From contig NC_135805.1 in the NCBI RefSeq assembly GCF_964213995.1, positions 100,378,001 to 100,442,000 of the forward strand: DNA of 64,000 bases, written 5' to 3'. How positions within the stretch are numbered: position 1 is the stretch's first letter; each line of letters opens with the position of its first letter. The position numbers and the translations under genes are program-made. The notes under the pieces are model-generated. The model saw only the letters and a list, made by a program, of their open reading frames with translations, ran no database searches and was not told the DNA's origin. This document shows, in pieces, positions 12,017 to 25,153 of the stretch. The stretch is from Mustelus asterias (lineage: Eukaryota).

Positions 12017-13630
12017 CATAGAGTGATAGAGGTTTTACAGCATGGAAATAGGCCCTTCGGCCCAACTTGTCCATGCTGCCCAATTTTGACCATGAAGCTA
12101 GTCCCATTTGCCTGCGTTTGGCCCATATCCCTCTATACCCATCTTACCCATGTAACTGTCTAAATGCTTTTTAAAAAACAAAATTGTACTCGCCTCCACT
12201 ACTATCTTAGAATCTTAGAAACCCTACAGCACAGAAAGAGGCCATTCGGCCCATCGAGTCTGCACCGACCACAGTCCCACCCAGGCCCTACCCCCATATC
12301 CCTAGATATTTACCCACTAATCCCTCTAACCTACGCATCCCAGGACACTAAGGGCAATTTTTTAGCATGGCCAATCAACCTAACCCACACATCTTTGGAC
12401 TGTGGGAGGAAACCGGAGCACCCGGAGGAAACCCACGCTGACACAAGGAGAATGTGCAAACTCCACACAGACAGTGACCCAAGCCGAGAATCGAACCCAG
12501 GTCCCTGGAGCTGTGAAGCAGCAGTGCTAACCACTGTGCTACCGTGCCACACTCTGCCAGCTCGTTCCAGACAGTCATCACCCTCTATTAAAAAATTGCC
12601 CCTCTGGACCCTTTTGTATCTCTCCCCTCTCACCTTAAACCTATGCCCTCTAGTTTCAGACTCCCCTACTTTTGGGAAAGGATATTGACTATCTACCTTA
12701 TCTATGCCCCTCATTATTTTACAGACCTCTATAAGATCACCCCTAAGCCTCCTATGCTCCAGGGAAAGAAGTCCCAATCTATCCAGCCTCTCCTTGTAAC
12801 TCAAGCCATCAAGTCCTGGTAGCGTCCCAAAAAATCTTTTCTGTGCTCTTTCTAGTTTAATAATATCCTTTCTATAATAGGGTGACCAGAATTGTACACA
12901 GTATTCCAAGTGTGGCTTGACCAATGTCTTGTACAACTTCAACAAGATGCCGCAACTCCTGTATTCAATGTTCTGACCAATGAAACCAAGCATGCCAAAT
13001 GCTGCCTTCACCACCCTGTCCACCTGTGACTCCACTTTCGAGGAGCTATGAACATGAACCCTTAGATCTCTCTGTTCTATATAACTCCCCAACGCCCTAC
13101 CATTAACTGAGTAAGTCGTGCCCCAGTTCGATCTACCAAAATGTATTCACTTCGAATTTATCTAAATTAAACTCCATCTGCCACTCGTCAGCCCACTGGC
13201 CCAATTGATCAAGATCCCGTTGCAATCCTAGATAGCCGCCTTCACTGTCCACTATGCCACCAATCTTGGTGTCATCTGCAAACTTACTAACCATGCCTCC
13301 TAAATTCTCATCCAAATCATTAATATAAATGACAAATAACAGTGGACCCAGCACCGATCCCTGAGGCACACGTTGGCCACAGGCCTCCAGTTTGAAAAAC
13401 AACTCTCTAGAACCACCCTGTCGTCAAGCCAGTTTTGTATCCAATTGGTAACCTCACTGTGGATCCCGTGAGATTTAACCTTGTGCAACAACCTACCATG
13501 AGGTACACTGTCAAAGGCCTTGCTAAAGTCCATGTAGACGCCTTCATCTACTTTTGTGGTTACCCCTTCAAAAAAACGTAGTGAGACATGATTTTCCACT
13601 CAACGAAGCCATGGCTGACTGCCCCAATTA
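12017..13630 (-). mobile_element. CR1 LINE 3' fragment with nested SINE
   Basis: RT motifs in ORFs 13300-13599 (YMDFSKAFD), 13133-13402 (PQGSVLGP, FADD) and 12331-13092. Same subfamily as 5955-8117. Confidence 0.92.
12207..12550 (-). mobile_element. tRNA-derived V-SINE (HE1-like)
   Basis: A/B-box head (GGTAGCACAGTGG..GGTTCGATTC), V-domain body GTGGAGTTTGCACATTCTCC..GGTTTCCTCC, CR1-like tail with TTCTAAGA repeats. Confidence 0.9.
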
Positions 13631-13775
13631 GTCAGCCAATAAGTTTGTTGAATGATGCAAATAATTGTGTTATTGTGTTATTTTGGCATTTATGAATTCT
13701 GTTGGGTAGTTGTGAAAATACAAATCCAGGAAAAGGCCTTACCAGTAATCTGTTTCATTGTCATGTGCTTTACAG

Positions 13776-13834
13776 GTGCTGATATTAATACCTGCAAACA
13801 GCCCTTTGGCTCCTTCCGGCAAGAAATTGTTCAT
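13776..13834 (+). other. Candidate 59-nt internal exon of an unidentified gene
   Basis: Acceptor tgtgctttacag|G and donor CAT|gtaagt in unique sequence. Two frames are open (xADINTCKQPFGSFRQEIVH or VLILIPANSPLAPSGKKLF). No homolog recognised. Confidence 0.35.
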
Positions 13835-15611
13835 GTAAGTTTATAATCCTCTTTTTTTTGTTCGCCTTGCTCTTTTTATAGCATCCAATTTAACTGTACC
13901 AAAGCAATGCATAGTTTTTATCCTTTTACTGCACAATCAGACAGGCCAATTCGAACTTTTGGTGCCTAAAATTGAGAGATCCTACTTTTACTCTTGTTTG
14001 CTTTTGACAATGTGTGATAAATTTAGACTTAGAACAGCATGTTTTCGGTTTGTAGGTGATAGTTATCCCACTTTAGCTGCCAAGTATTGTTACAGTTTGG
14101 GCTTCCTCCCAACACTCTTTGTTCATGGTTACAGCAACATGGCAGCAGGCCCACACCTCCTGTGAATTGGAACTTGTATCCCTCAAGCAGAGTGAATGGA
14201 TTAGCACACACCAAGATTGACAATTCCAATAGACAGAAAAGCAGCATGCTGACGAATCAAGCAGCTATGAATATTGTTGACTATAAAGGATAATTTTACA
14301 CAGAATCATTGCAGGGTGATATAGTATTTCAGTTTCTTGGTGAATACTTGCTGGCTTGTGTAATGAATAAGTGATTTGCTGAGTATCTGGAATGGAGAGC
14401 TGGCTCAGGTTCTAGCTGGGGAGATAACTTTACATTGCAAGTCTGAGGCAATGTGGCTCCTGGGCTAGTTTTGGTCACAAAAGGTTTGGAGAAGAATTTT
14501 CCAGACATTTTTCCTTAATTACGAATAGGATTACATTGGATTACAAAGGAGAGTTGGCACTGAGACAGGCAAACCCAAGCAGGAAATGTCAGATGCCACT
14601 GGCCTAGCTTTTTACTTTTCTTTTGGTCATCATCCAAAAGATTGCATGGCTCTGGATAGCTAGAGAGCATCACAACTGTGTGGGGCAGACCTTTACTCGA
14701 GCTTCTTTAGATTCCTGCATTAGATCTTTAATGGAACTGATGTGGACATTTCAGTTCCACTTTGGTCTTGGATTCCAGTTTGGCTAATTGACTTAAAAGG
14801 AGTCACAAAAGCTAACAGTAAACAGACCTGTTCTAGATGGCTTCTGATGTTTCTTGATCCAAAGTACACTCATCAAAATAGGCTTATTCTATCTCAACAG
14901 CCTGATGATGCATATCAGTTATTTTTATGATTCTGAGTTGAGATTGGGACAGAGATCAGCCAAGTAGATTACTACATTTGTGATTATAGCCTCTGGGAAT
15001 TTTATGTCCCAACAGTTAACTTCCAAACTCCCAAGTCTTTTCTGAAGCATTGTATACCATCCAATGTCATCAGAGAGACATTCTGAACAGGACACCTCCA
15101 TTTTCTAATTTGCAGTAACAAACTATCGGGGGAGAATTAAACTGCTGAGCCCCTGGAAGGTGTGAATGATAGTTATGAATAACATCAAGATGTTTGACAA
15201 AGGAAATGCACATGGAAAGATGAATAATGGGGGTAGATGGGCGAGTCAGTTAATGTTGAAAGTTCATTGACAGTGCTGCAGAGAGAAGGTCATGAAGAGA
15301 AGGGATGAATACAGACAAATATTGTTAGGAACTGACTTAAAAGTTAAATTTTCAACATCCGAGCAGGAAGTAATTTTGTTTTTATTAATTCAAGGGATGC
15401 TGTGGGCATTGCTGGCTAGACTAGCATCTAGTGCCTTGGACACCATCCTGAGGTACTTCTGCAGTGATGCCCTGGAACTGAGACCTCCAACAACCACAAA
15501 ATCTTCCTTTGTGCTATGTATGACTAACCAACGAAACGTTTTCCTCTTGATTCCCATTGACTTCAGCTTTTTCTAGGGCTCTTTGATACCACACTCAGTC
15601 AAATGTGGCCT

Positions 15612-17729
15612 TAGAATAAGGGAGATGGCTGAGTCGGTTTAGAGCAAAAGGCGTGCACCGTTCAAAATGATGAGCATAGCTGGAACTTAGGAGGTGGGGG
15701 ATGTATTAAGGAACAATTGATAAGGCTGCAGGATAGGCATGTGCCTGTAAAAAGGAAGGATAGGAAAGGTAGGATTCGAGAGCCATGGATAACCAGGGAA
15801 ATTGAGGATCTGATTAAAATGAAAAGGGAGGCGTACGTTAAGTCCAGGCAACTGAAAACAGATGGAGCTCTGGAGGAATACAGAGAGAGTAGGAAAGAAC
15901 TCAAACGGGGAGTTAGAAGGGCAAAAAGAGGTCACGAGATGTTCTTGGCAGGCAGGATTAAGGAGAATCCGAAGGCATTCTATTCATACGTTAGGAACAA
16001 AAGAGTTGTCAGGGAGAAAATTGGACCTCTCCGGGACAAAGGAGGGGAACTATGCTTAGAACCCAAGGGAATAGGGGAGATCCTAAATGAATACTTTGCA
16101 TCGGTATTCACGAAGGAGAGGGACGTGTTAACCGGGAGTGTCTCGGAGGGAGGTGTTGACCCGTTAGAGAAAATCTCCATTACAAGGGAGGAAGTGTTAG
16201 GTTTTTTAGGGAACATTAAAACTGACAAAGCCCCAGGGCCTGATGGCATCTATCCAAGACTGCTCAGGGAGACGAGAGAGGAAATTGCTGGGCCTCTGAC
16301 GGAAATCTTTGTCACTTCTTTGGACACAGGTGAGGTCTCTGAGGATTGGAGGATAGCGAATGTGGTCCCGTTGTTTAAGAAGGGTAGCAGGGATAACCCG
16401 GGAAATTATAGGCAGGTGAGCTTGACGTCCGCGGTAGGGAAGTTGTTGGAGAAGATTCTTAGAGATAGGATGTATGTGCATTTAGAACGGAACAATCTCA
16501 TTAGTGACAGACAGCATGGTTTTGTAAGAGGGAGGTCATGCCGTACAAATTTGGTGGAGTTTTTTGAGGAAGTGACAAAAACGGTTGACGAAGGGCGGGC
16601 CATGGATGTCGTCTATATGAATTTCAGTAAGGCATTTGACAAAGTCCCACATGGCAGGTTGGTTAAGAAGGTTAAGGCTCATAGGATACAAGGAGAAGTG
16701 GCTAGATGGGTGGAGAACTGGCTTGGCCATAGGAGACAGAGGGTAGCGGTCGAAGGGTCTTTTTCCGGCTGGAGGTCTGTGACCAGTGGTGTTCCGCGGG
16801 GCTCCATACTGGGACCTCTGCTATTTGTGATATATATAATTGATTTGGAAGAAGGTGTAACTGGTGTTATCAGCAAGTTTGTGGATAACACGAAGATGGC
16901 TGGACTTGCGGATAGCGATGAGCATTGTCGGGCAATACAGCAGGATATAGATAGGCTGGAAAATTGGGCGGAGAGGTGGCAGATGGAATTTAATCCAGAT
17001 AAATGCGAAGTGATGCATTTTGGAAGAAATAATGTAGGGAGGAGTTATACAATACATGGCAGAGCCATCAAGAGTATAGAAACACAGAGGGACCAAGGTG
17101 TGCAAGTCCACAAACCCTTGAAGGTGGCAACACAGGTGGAGAAGGTGGTGAAGAAGGCATATGGTATGCTTGCCTTTATAGGACGGGGTATAGAGTATAA
17201 AAGCTGGAGTCTGATGATGCAGCTGTATAGAATGCTGGTTAGGCCTCATTTGGAGTACTGCGTCCAGTTCTGGCGTTAGAGTACAGGATGTTGCCTGGTA
17301 TGGAGGGTCTTAGCTATGAGAAGAGATTGGGTAAACTGGGGTTGTTCTCCCTGGAAAAACGGAGAATGAGGGGATATCTAATAGAGGTGTACAAGATTAT
17401 GAAGGGGATAGATAGGGTGAATGGTGGGAAGCTTTTTCCCAGATCAGAAGTGACGATCGCGAGGGGTCATGAGCTCAAGGTGAGAGGGGCGAAGTATAAC
17501 TCGGATATCAGAGGGATGTTTGTTACACAGAGGGTGGTGAGGGCCTGGAATGCGCTGCCAAGTTGGGTGGTGGAGGCAGGCACGCTGACATCGTTTAAGA
17601 CTTACCTGGATAGTCACATGAGCAGCCTGGGAATGGAGGGATACAAACGATTGGTCTAGTTGGACCAAGGAGCGGCACAGGCTTAGAGGGCCAAAGGGCC
17701 TGTTTTCCTGTGCTGTACTGTTCTTTGTA
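15612..17729 (+). mobile_element. CR1 LINE, 5'-truncated, long RT frame
   Basis: ORF 15717-17279 (KAPGPDGIYP, QHGF, YMNFSKAFD, GVPRGSILGP) is followed by a short deletion, the C-terminal ORF 17288-17659 and a CR1 3' UTR. Catalytic motifs are degraded (FVDN). Confidence 0.93.
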
Positions 17730-17919
17730 TAATGACATGACGAGTGGCAACAATAGACAAGGCTGACCTCTCTGGATAGCCGGAAGTTAGACAACTCTCA
17801 CTGCGTATATTGAGGTGGAATCTAGAGGAAGTGAGAGAAATTAACAGATCGTTCAGGAGGGAAGCAACTTTAGCCTGATGAGGCTGAAAATTGTTCAGGC
17901 TGCTGTTCGAGGAAAAAGT

Positions 17920-19163
17920 ACAGTAAGAAGTCTCACAACACCAGGTTAAAGTCCAACAGGTTTATTTGGAATCACGAGCTTTCAGAGGGTTGCTCCTTCA
18001 TCAGTTGAAGGAGAGGAATGTTCACAAACACGGTGTTGTGGGAAATTACCACCGGAGTCAGACTGGAGGTTCGACAACACAGTTTTATTTCGGACACGAA
18101 GCTTCGGGGAGAAAGCACTGGTACTCCGCAGTACTTGGCAGCTACCTTCTCAATAATACAATCGCAGTTGATCATTTTTATATCTTTTAGACAATGGATA
18201 GTCCGGACATTAGCCGTTTAACACATCGTTATAGTTGAGTAGACAGATCATGGTGATCGATAGTTAACACATCGTTATAATCAGACAGGTACAGACATGG
18301 GCGTTTAACATCGCATTGTTCATTGAGTGGATACATTTCCTCTATCAATGACTGGTTTCGATCTATACATACAGTGATTGGTTTTGCTGTATTTATGTTC
18401 CCATCTGTGACTGATCTTATTATCAGACCCTATTGTCCTGGGTCTGTCCTTATCTTTAAAATGCCTCAAGCTCTGACTAGCTTCCTGCAGTATTTTGGTC
18501 ATTGCATGTTTTAACTTTTTAAGTGACTGTCTGTGCTGCATGTTTTAACTTAAAGTAGCTGTCTGTGCTAAAAGCCAGTGCCTACTTAATGTCTCTTCCC
18601 AGGTAACCATTTTGTGTGCCAGGCAACCATTTTGTGTGTCAGGTAACCATTTTATAATTTTCCCCACTTCAGCGGTATATATAGGCAAAGACACAATTGC
18701 AAGATAATTACAGATTGGAAGAATGGTTGGAATGCGAGTCTCCGACAAAGAGTCATCGAAACGTCAGCTCCTTTCTCTCCTTGCAGATGCTGCCAGACCT
18801 GCTGAGATTTTCCAGCATTTTCTCTTTAGGTTAAGGAGGTGTGAAGTGTCTGACTGGCTTGAGACAATTCATTCCTCTTTAACCTGTGATCATCCCTCTC
18901 TCCACTCGCACTGTCTGTACCTGCAAAGACTTGATTTTCTGTAAAGACTTGCATTTCAACCATTCTTCACACTCCAATCTATAATTACCTTGCAATTGTG
19001 TCTTTGCCTACATATGCTGTGTTTGTGAACTAACCTCTCCACTCACCTGATAAAGGAGCAGCGCTCCGAAAGCTTGTGATTCCAAATAAACCTGTTGGAC
19101 TTTAACCTGGTATGGTGAGACTTACTGTGCCCTCTCCTGTCCAACACCGGCATTTCCACATCA
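17920..19163. mobile_element. Non-coding PLE derivative made of two inverted pLTRs, with nested insertions
   Basis: The left arm (17920-18033 plus 18672-18741) is the reverse complement of the right arm (~18940-19130). Hammerhead motifs at 17972-18008 (-) and 19043-19079 (+). Confidence 0.85.
18034..18671 (-). mobile_element. Solo LTR (ERV-like)
   Basis: TG...CA ends with inverted termini TGTTGTGGGAAATTA / TAATTTTCCCCACTTCA. 4-bp TSD ACGG/GCGG. Minus-strand AATAAA near 18087-18092. 20-bp tandem repeats at 18600-18653. It interrupts the pLTR cleanly. Confidence 0.75.
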
Positions 19164-19464
19164 AGGAGGAAATGAGGAGTCTAGAGTCCAGTTCTGATGA
19201 AAGTTCCATCAACCTGAAATAGATGACTCCAGTTCCCATTCCAAAAAGTGCTGCCTGACTTGCTGTGTCCAGAATTTTCTGCTTTTTAGTTTAGAGACTG
19301 TCATGGTGAGAGAAGAAAATATAGATTGACCGACAGTACATCAATAGCAAAAAAAGAGACCATTAGAGATGGAAAATTTGAAATTGTGAAAATAGTATAA
19401 GAATTAACTGATAATTACCTGATGTAGATGGATAAAGAATAGAAAAGAGGGTGAGAATGAATGG

Positions 19465-19756
19465 GCCGGCACAGAGGTTAGCACCGCTGCCGCACAGCGC
19501 CGGGGACATGGGTTGTTGTCTGTGTGGAGTTTGCACATTCTCCCTGAGTCTGCGTGGGTTTCCTCCAGGTGCTCTGGTTTCCTCCCACAGTCCAAAAATA
19601 TGTGTGGGTTAGGTGGATTGGCAATGTTAAATTACCCCTTGGTGTCAGGGGGACTAGCTAGGGTAAATGCATGTGGTTATGTGGCTCGGGCCTTGGTGGG
19701 ATCATTGTCGGTGCAGATCGATCGGCCGAATGGCCTCCTTCTGCATTGTAGGATTG
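19465..19756 (+). mobile_element. HE1-like V-SINE
   Basis: Same head, body and CR1-type tail as 12207-12550. Confidence 0.85.
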
Positions 19757-20019
19757 TTGAGTACAGATAACAGGAAATTAGTTTGTTTCAGTTTGTTCTT
19801 GTCTCACCAATCAATTTACTAGGGCAGACCTGTTGTGTATTTTCAGCATTTTGTTTTTATTTCCCATTTCCAGCATTTACAGGTTTTTCTTTGTATTAAA
19901 TAATATTCTATTTCATTCAGGTAGGAAAATTATTAATATTTGATAAAGACTTGTGTTGGTAACAAGTAAACAGGAGAGACCAGTATTGCCATTCATAAAC
20001 GTGTAACTGTATCATTGAA

Positions 20020-20332
20020 TTAAAGAATCCCCACAGTGCAGAAAGAGGCCATTCGGCCATCAAGTCTGCACCAAATCTTACCCAGGCCTACCTCGGAACC
20101 ACATGTATTTAACCTGCAAAACCCCCTTACCTTATCTATATCTTGGGATGCTAAGGGGAAATTTAGTATGGCCAATCCACCTAACCTGCACATCTTTGGA
20201 CTGTGGGAGGAAACCGGAGCACCCAGAAAAAGCCCATGCAGACACAAGGAGAATGTGCAAACTTCACACAGTCACCAACGGTCGGAATTGAACCTGGGTG
20301 CTGCGAGGCTGCATTGCTAACCAACATGCCAC
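20020..20332 (-). mobile_element. HE1-like V-SINE
   Basis: GGACTGTGGGAGGAAACCGGAGCACCC core and CR1-type tail. Confidence 0.85.
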
Positions 20333-21125
20333 TCTTTCATCTGTCACTAATGTGTCACTAATCTGTCACTGCAGGATTTGCTAATCCTGCAGACCTGCAG
20401 ATTGTTTGTATCAAACAACACATTCATCTGATTATTTAATTTCAAATGTTATTTGTTTTTAACCTCTAATTTATTTTTAATTAAACAAATTTAATCTCAA
20501 ATAATGTAACTTGCTGAAAGTCCTTATGTCCAGTAAGTAATTAGCATTTCTAAACAACAGTCGTTTGATCTTCTGAAATTAAAAAAAACTCTTCAAAAAC
20601 TCATTTTAATAAGCCTTTTAAAGCCCTCCCACATATTACTAATATTTTCTTTTCATGGCTATCCCTTTATTCAGAAACACTGCAATTCTACTGACACTAT
20701 GCAGTTCTGCCCCATAATAGTAGTGTTCTATGTTTCCATTCTTTTCAATATCAAAGCGAGTGTGTTCATGTTGAAAATGGGACGCTTTCTCTTTCAGTCC
20801 CCCAATCAAAGCATCAAATGCTCCTAAATCAGTCCAAATATAGTCAGATACAGGGGAAAGCTTAATCTTCTCTGTCCCAAGAATGCATCTTGGATCTAAA
20901 CTCAGTAAAGCTCTCCTTACTGAATGAGTTTGACAATATCATCCATCTTGAGTCTATACTATATTGCCATTTATTGTTGAATTAGGAAGGGCATTGTGCA
21001 GTATATCCATGACCACTCTGAAATAGGTAAAAATGTCACTAATTTTACACAGCAATCACCTGTGTTTAGTTAATCTCTTTAACACAGAGAAACATCTAGG
21101 CACTTCACAGAGGAAAAAAAACTAG

Positions 21126-21330
21126 ACACGGTGGTGCAGTGGTGAGCACTGCTGCCTCACAGCGCCAGGGACTCAGGTTCAATTCCCGGCTTGGGTCACT
21201 GTCTGTGTGGAGTTTGCACATTCTCCCCGTGTCTGCATGGGTTTCCTCTGGGTGCTTCCGTTTCCTTCCACATGCCAAAGATATGCAGGTTAGGTGGATT
21301 GGCCATGCTAAATTGCCCCTTAGGATTCTA
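21126..21330 (+). mobile_element. HE1-like V-SINE, short form
   Basis: tRNA head CACGGTGGTGCAGTGG..GGTTCAATTCC and V-domain body. The tail is abbreviated. Confidence 0.85.
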
Positions 21331-23922
21331 TTTAAAAAAAATGTCACAATAGGAGAGGAGTAATCAAAAGCTTGGTCAAAGATTTTCACAGGAGATTAGA
21401 ATCATTGGAACACACCACGAAGGAGGCTTGTACAGTTGGCGAGGTAGGAAGAGGAGATGGAAAGATTTAAAGCCAAGGGCAAGAATTTCTAATTCTAATT
21501 GAAGTGTTGGAAGCCATTATAGGTTAGCAAAGGCAGGGGTGAAGGGAGAGTTATGGAAGGAACTTCAATGTTTTAGGCAAGTTGCAGGATATGAATGATG
21601 GGAACACAGCAAGAAAAGCATTGGAGTAATTGACTGGACATGGCAAAAGCATGTATGTATATAGGGTTTCAGTGGTATATGAAGTAAGGGTAGTAGAGGT
21701 GAAAATGTTATGGAAGTAGATACTCTTTTTGTGACGGAGTAGATCTGGTGAACAGAAACAGGGTTAAGTCAAGCATGGCGCTGAGGTTCTAATCTATGTG
21801 GTTCATCTTAAGATTGTGACTCAGGAGTCTTGGTGAAGGGACAGAATGCCTGGGAACTGTTAATGGCTTTTGTCTTCTATTATTTAATGCAACGGACGTT
21901 AGCCAGATCTAATACACAGTGTTAGACAGGTAGCCTTGACTGCGCAGAGACAGTAAAGGCGATGAAGAGGTGACTAGAGATGGTTCTGTTAGAAGAGTTG
22001 GCATTGCAGAAATAGGAAAGGAAGCCGTTGCATTGTTTGGGTTGTTGATACCAGGAAGTTATAGTTCATATAAAATGTTCTAAATGCAGTATAGCATACG
22101 AAAGATAGAGAATAAAGTTCATCCATCTCTGCTCCTGTGAAATGTTTGAACCTACTTCAAGAGAATTATATATACCAAAGGAGAACTATATTTGGCCAAG
22201 TATCCTATTGAGTGAGATTATGAGTCACTTTTAAGTTAGAGCCAGTTTTGTGTTCAAGTCCTGACCCAATGGAGACTGGGAAAACTCATTTAACATTGGA
22301 ATTTCATGTTCATGAGAGACTAAGATTTCGTATCATTCGATTTAAGTGAAATGAAACACTGATCCTAGAGGAACAACATTCGTGTGTTAATCACTGTGAA
22401 ATCTGACCCTTTACATATTGTTTTTCAATATGTAAAATGTTAGCTATAAATTGGCTTCACCAAACCAAGAAAAATCAATGCATTAGGCATTTCTCTAGTT
22501 TTTTTTTCATGCTTCTGAAGCATTGGTACAAAAAGCAAAGAATTGTTTTTTTTTAGAATTCAACCTTTCTAGCAACATTTTTGTTTGCAATACTGTTCAA
22601 GACTTGGTGAATAAAAATTTACATTTTTAATGCTAAAGAATTATTCATGCAAAAATAATGAGCACTGAAGATTTAAATAAAACTATAAGCGGCGTATTAG
22701 CTCTGGTGAGAGATCTCTGTTTTCATTATGTATTCCATAATAACATGAGACAGCTTGGAGTTGATACTTTAATATCTATGACAGTAAATGCTATTATATT
22801 GGAAAGGATGATTATTGCTGAAGACCACATCTTGCAGATGTTAACTCATGAAATTCAAATTAACCTCAATGTTAAACAGCTTGAGGGGTTTGTTAATGGA
22901 TCACTTTTAGCTGTGTAGCATTGTGGGTGGATTAGAATGGATTAATTACTGTAAAATGCATGAGAAGTAGTGAGTGCAACTGCTACATATAAGTTTGAGT
23001 TAAAATGTTTATGATCTTGAGGGAGACCATTGTTACGATCCTGTTAGGAACAACTTTTCTAGAAGAAATTGGAACATCCGGTAACTAATTTACAGAACTA
23101 TGCCACAAGATTTCACATTTTTTTAAAAACAACACACCTTATTGTATATCAAACCTTCCTCAGAAGATATAAAGGAACTAAATAAAATAACCTTCTAATT
23201 AAGGCTCTACTCTGAATTACTATGTTCTTGGCAATTTCACAAACCCAAGAGAAATGAAATTTAATTACCTTTCATTTCCAAAGTTTTCTTTGATTCTGGG
23301 AAATCATATGAATAATTTCTATCTCTAATTGAGTTTTAGAACCATCTTTCCTCGAATTGCTAGCAGTTAGCCTCTTGGAAATAATGAAACACCCTGGCTC
23401 TACCAAGAGATCCAGAAATGGACCATTCATTAAATGTTTACACCTCTCCCTATGACTCATTAAGATAAAGATAGGGTAGCTTTTAACTAATTAATTCCCA
23501 GCTTGTTTGAATTGCAGTCACTTCAGAATTACTACCAGTTTCTTGATCAGGATTTTCATTTATCTTGTATTTAACACTTGAATCTCCTAAAGCTGAATGC
23601 GACATTCTAACACATATAAATGATAAACTAGGTACTCACAGCACGATTAACTATTAAAAAGGAAATTCAAACTCCCAGTTTTAATTGAAATCATACCACA
23701 AAATATCATGTTTTGAACAAAAATATGTACTGTACAAGAGTTAAACAAAACAACACAATGACCGGAACTTTTTTTTATTCATTCGTGGGACATGCTGGCT
23801 GGCCAGCATTTATTGCCTATCCCTCGTTGCCCTTGTTCAGAGGGCAGTTGAGAGTCAATCACATTGCTGTGGCTCTGCAGTCACATGTAGGCCAGACCAG
23901 GTGAGGACGGCAGATTTCCTTC

Positions 23923-25153
23923 TGTAGCAGGATCCCTCTTTTTAACTCCACTGGGCTTATTTTAGGTTTGGTCCTCCGTCACCCAAAACCCCACCAATGC
24001 CCGAGTGATTCTCTCTCTTGCCGATGGAACAATGGCCACCTTGCGTCTACTTCACTAGAGTAGCGCTCCCAAGAGAGAGAAAAGGAAACTGCTGCCTATC
24101 CACTACCTGGCAGCCTTTCCTGAGTGGGCGGTTTCGAAGGGCCCAGGGTACCCTCAGTTCGAGACTCCGGAATTATGGTAAGGAATATTTATATTGTGAC
24201 TTAGTCAGAGATCATTGGTGAGAAATTGAAAAGATCAAAACGGACTCCAACGGAAGTCAAAGATATATATATAAAAACATCAAGGTCAAAGGTCACCAAA
24301 CACCAGGAAAACAACACACCATGCCTTATGCTCTATAAGACTATAACTAAACGGACGCAACGGAATTCTTACTTTATACAAGTTTACCAGTGTCTTAAAC
24401 TATGAAAGATGCATGCAAAAGCCCCCCCCTTTCCCCAAAGCCTCATCCACTATGATGATCTCGAGAACTTCGCGAATTACCAGGGGATACTCACGATCCT
24501 AGTTTAAATTGCTCAGTGGGCTTCGGGCTGCGTGCTGAACGAGAGGCAGGAACAGGAGAGTGCTGTCATGCTGGTCCGAAGAGAAAAGAGCAAGCAATGG
24601 TCGGCCTGGCCATCCTTTTATATTGTAAACTTGAATTCTTTTCCTGCCAACTCCGCCCCCCTTCCAACCGGCAGTTCCACAGACAAAGGCTTGCTAGGGT
24701 TATCTGCAGCTGCGATCTTACAGTCCATAGAGACCAGATGGTCCCATCCCAGGTGATAGGTCCCTTGCTGTCCTGTATTGTTCCATCGGAGATCGTTTAA
24801 TTGTTTTCCCATTAGGGAAATGGGCTTCTCCTCGCTCTGGGACAAGGCCATTATCACCTGTATTGAATCCAGACCAGGTGCATTGTCTTGCTGCCGGCCT
24901 AGTCTGGTGATGTCGTCAGGTCCTTTTGTGCTGCTGATAACCTAATCAGCAGTCTGTCTGGTTTCTGGCTGCTTGCAATTTTTGGACTGGGCCCCTTCAC
25001 ACACACACACACACACACACACAGGCTGGCTGGGCTCCCTGGGACATTTTTGGTCAAGTCCTACAGCCAAGTGTGGCCACTTTCACAGTTCTTTAGGGTT
25101 CAAGTCCTTTTCCCAGCTCATAAAAAAGGCCTGAGTTGCCCGAAAAACTTACA
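23923..25153 (-). mobile_element. Long solo LTR (1231 bp)
   Basis: Ends TGTAGC...CTTACA. Exact 4-bp TSD CTTC at 23919-23922 and 25154-25157. Non-coding. Minus-strand TATAAAA near 24616-24622, so orientation is tentative. Confidence 0.8.
24998..25023. repeat. (CA)n microsatellite
   Basis: Perfect CA run inside the LTR. Confidence 0.95.

Noticed and set aside
12331-13092. 253-aa ORF with a novel C-terminus
   Set aside because: It is a chance read-through from CR1 ORF2 into a nested SINE.
18200-18653. Spaced short direct repeats resembling a CRISPR array
   Set aside because: Only 2-3 irregular copies inside an LTR in eukaryotic DNA, with no cas genes.
21126-21200. tRNA-like sequences with A/B boxes (also at other SINE heads)
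   Set aside because: These are SINE heads followed by the V-domain body, not tRNA genes.
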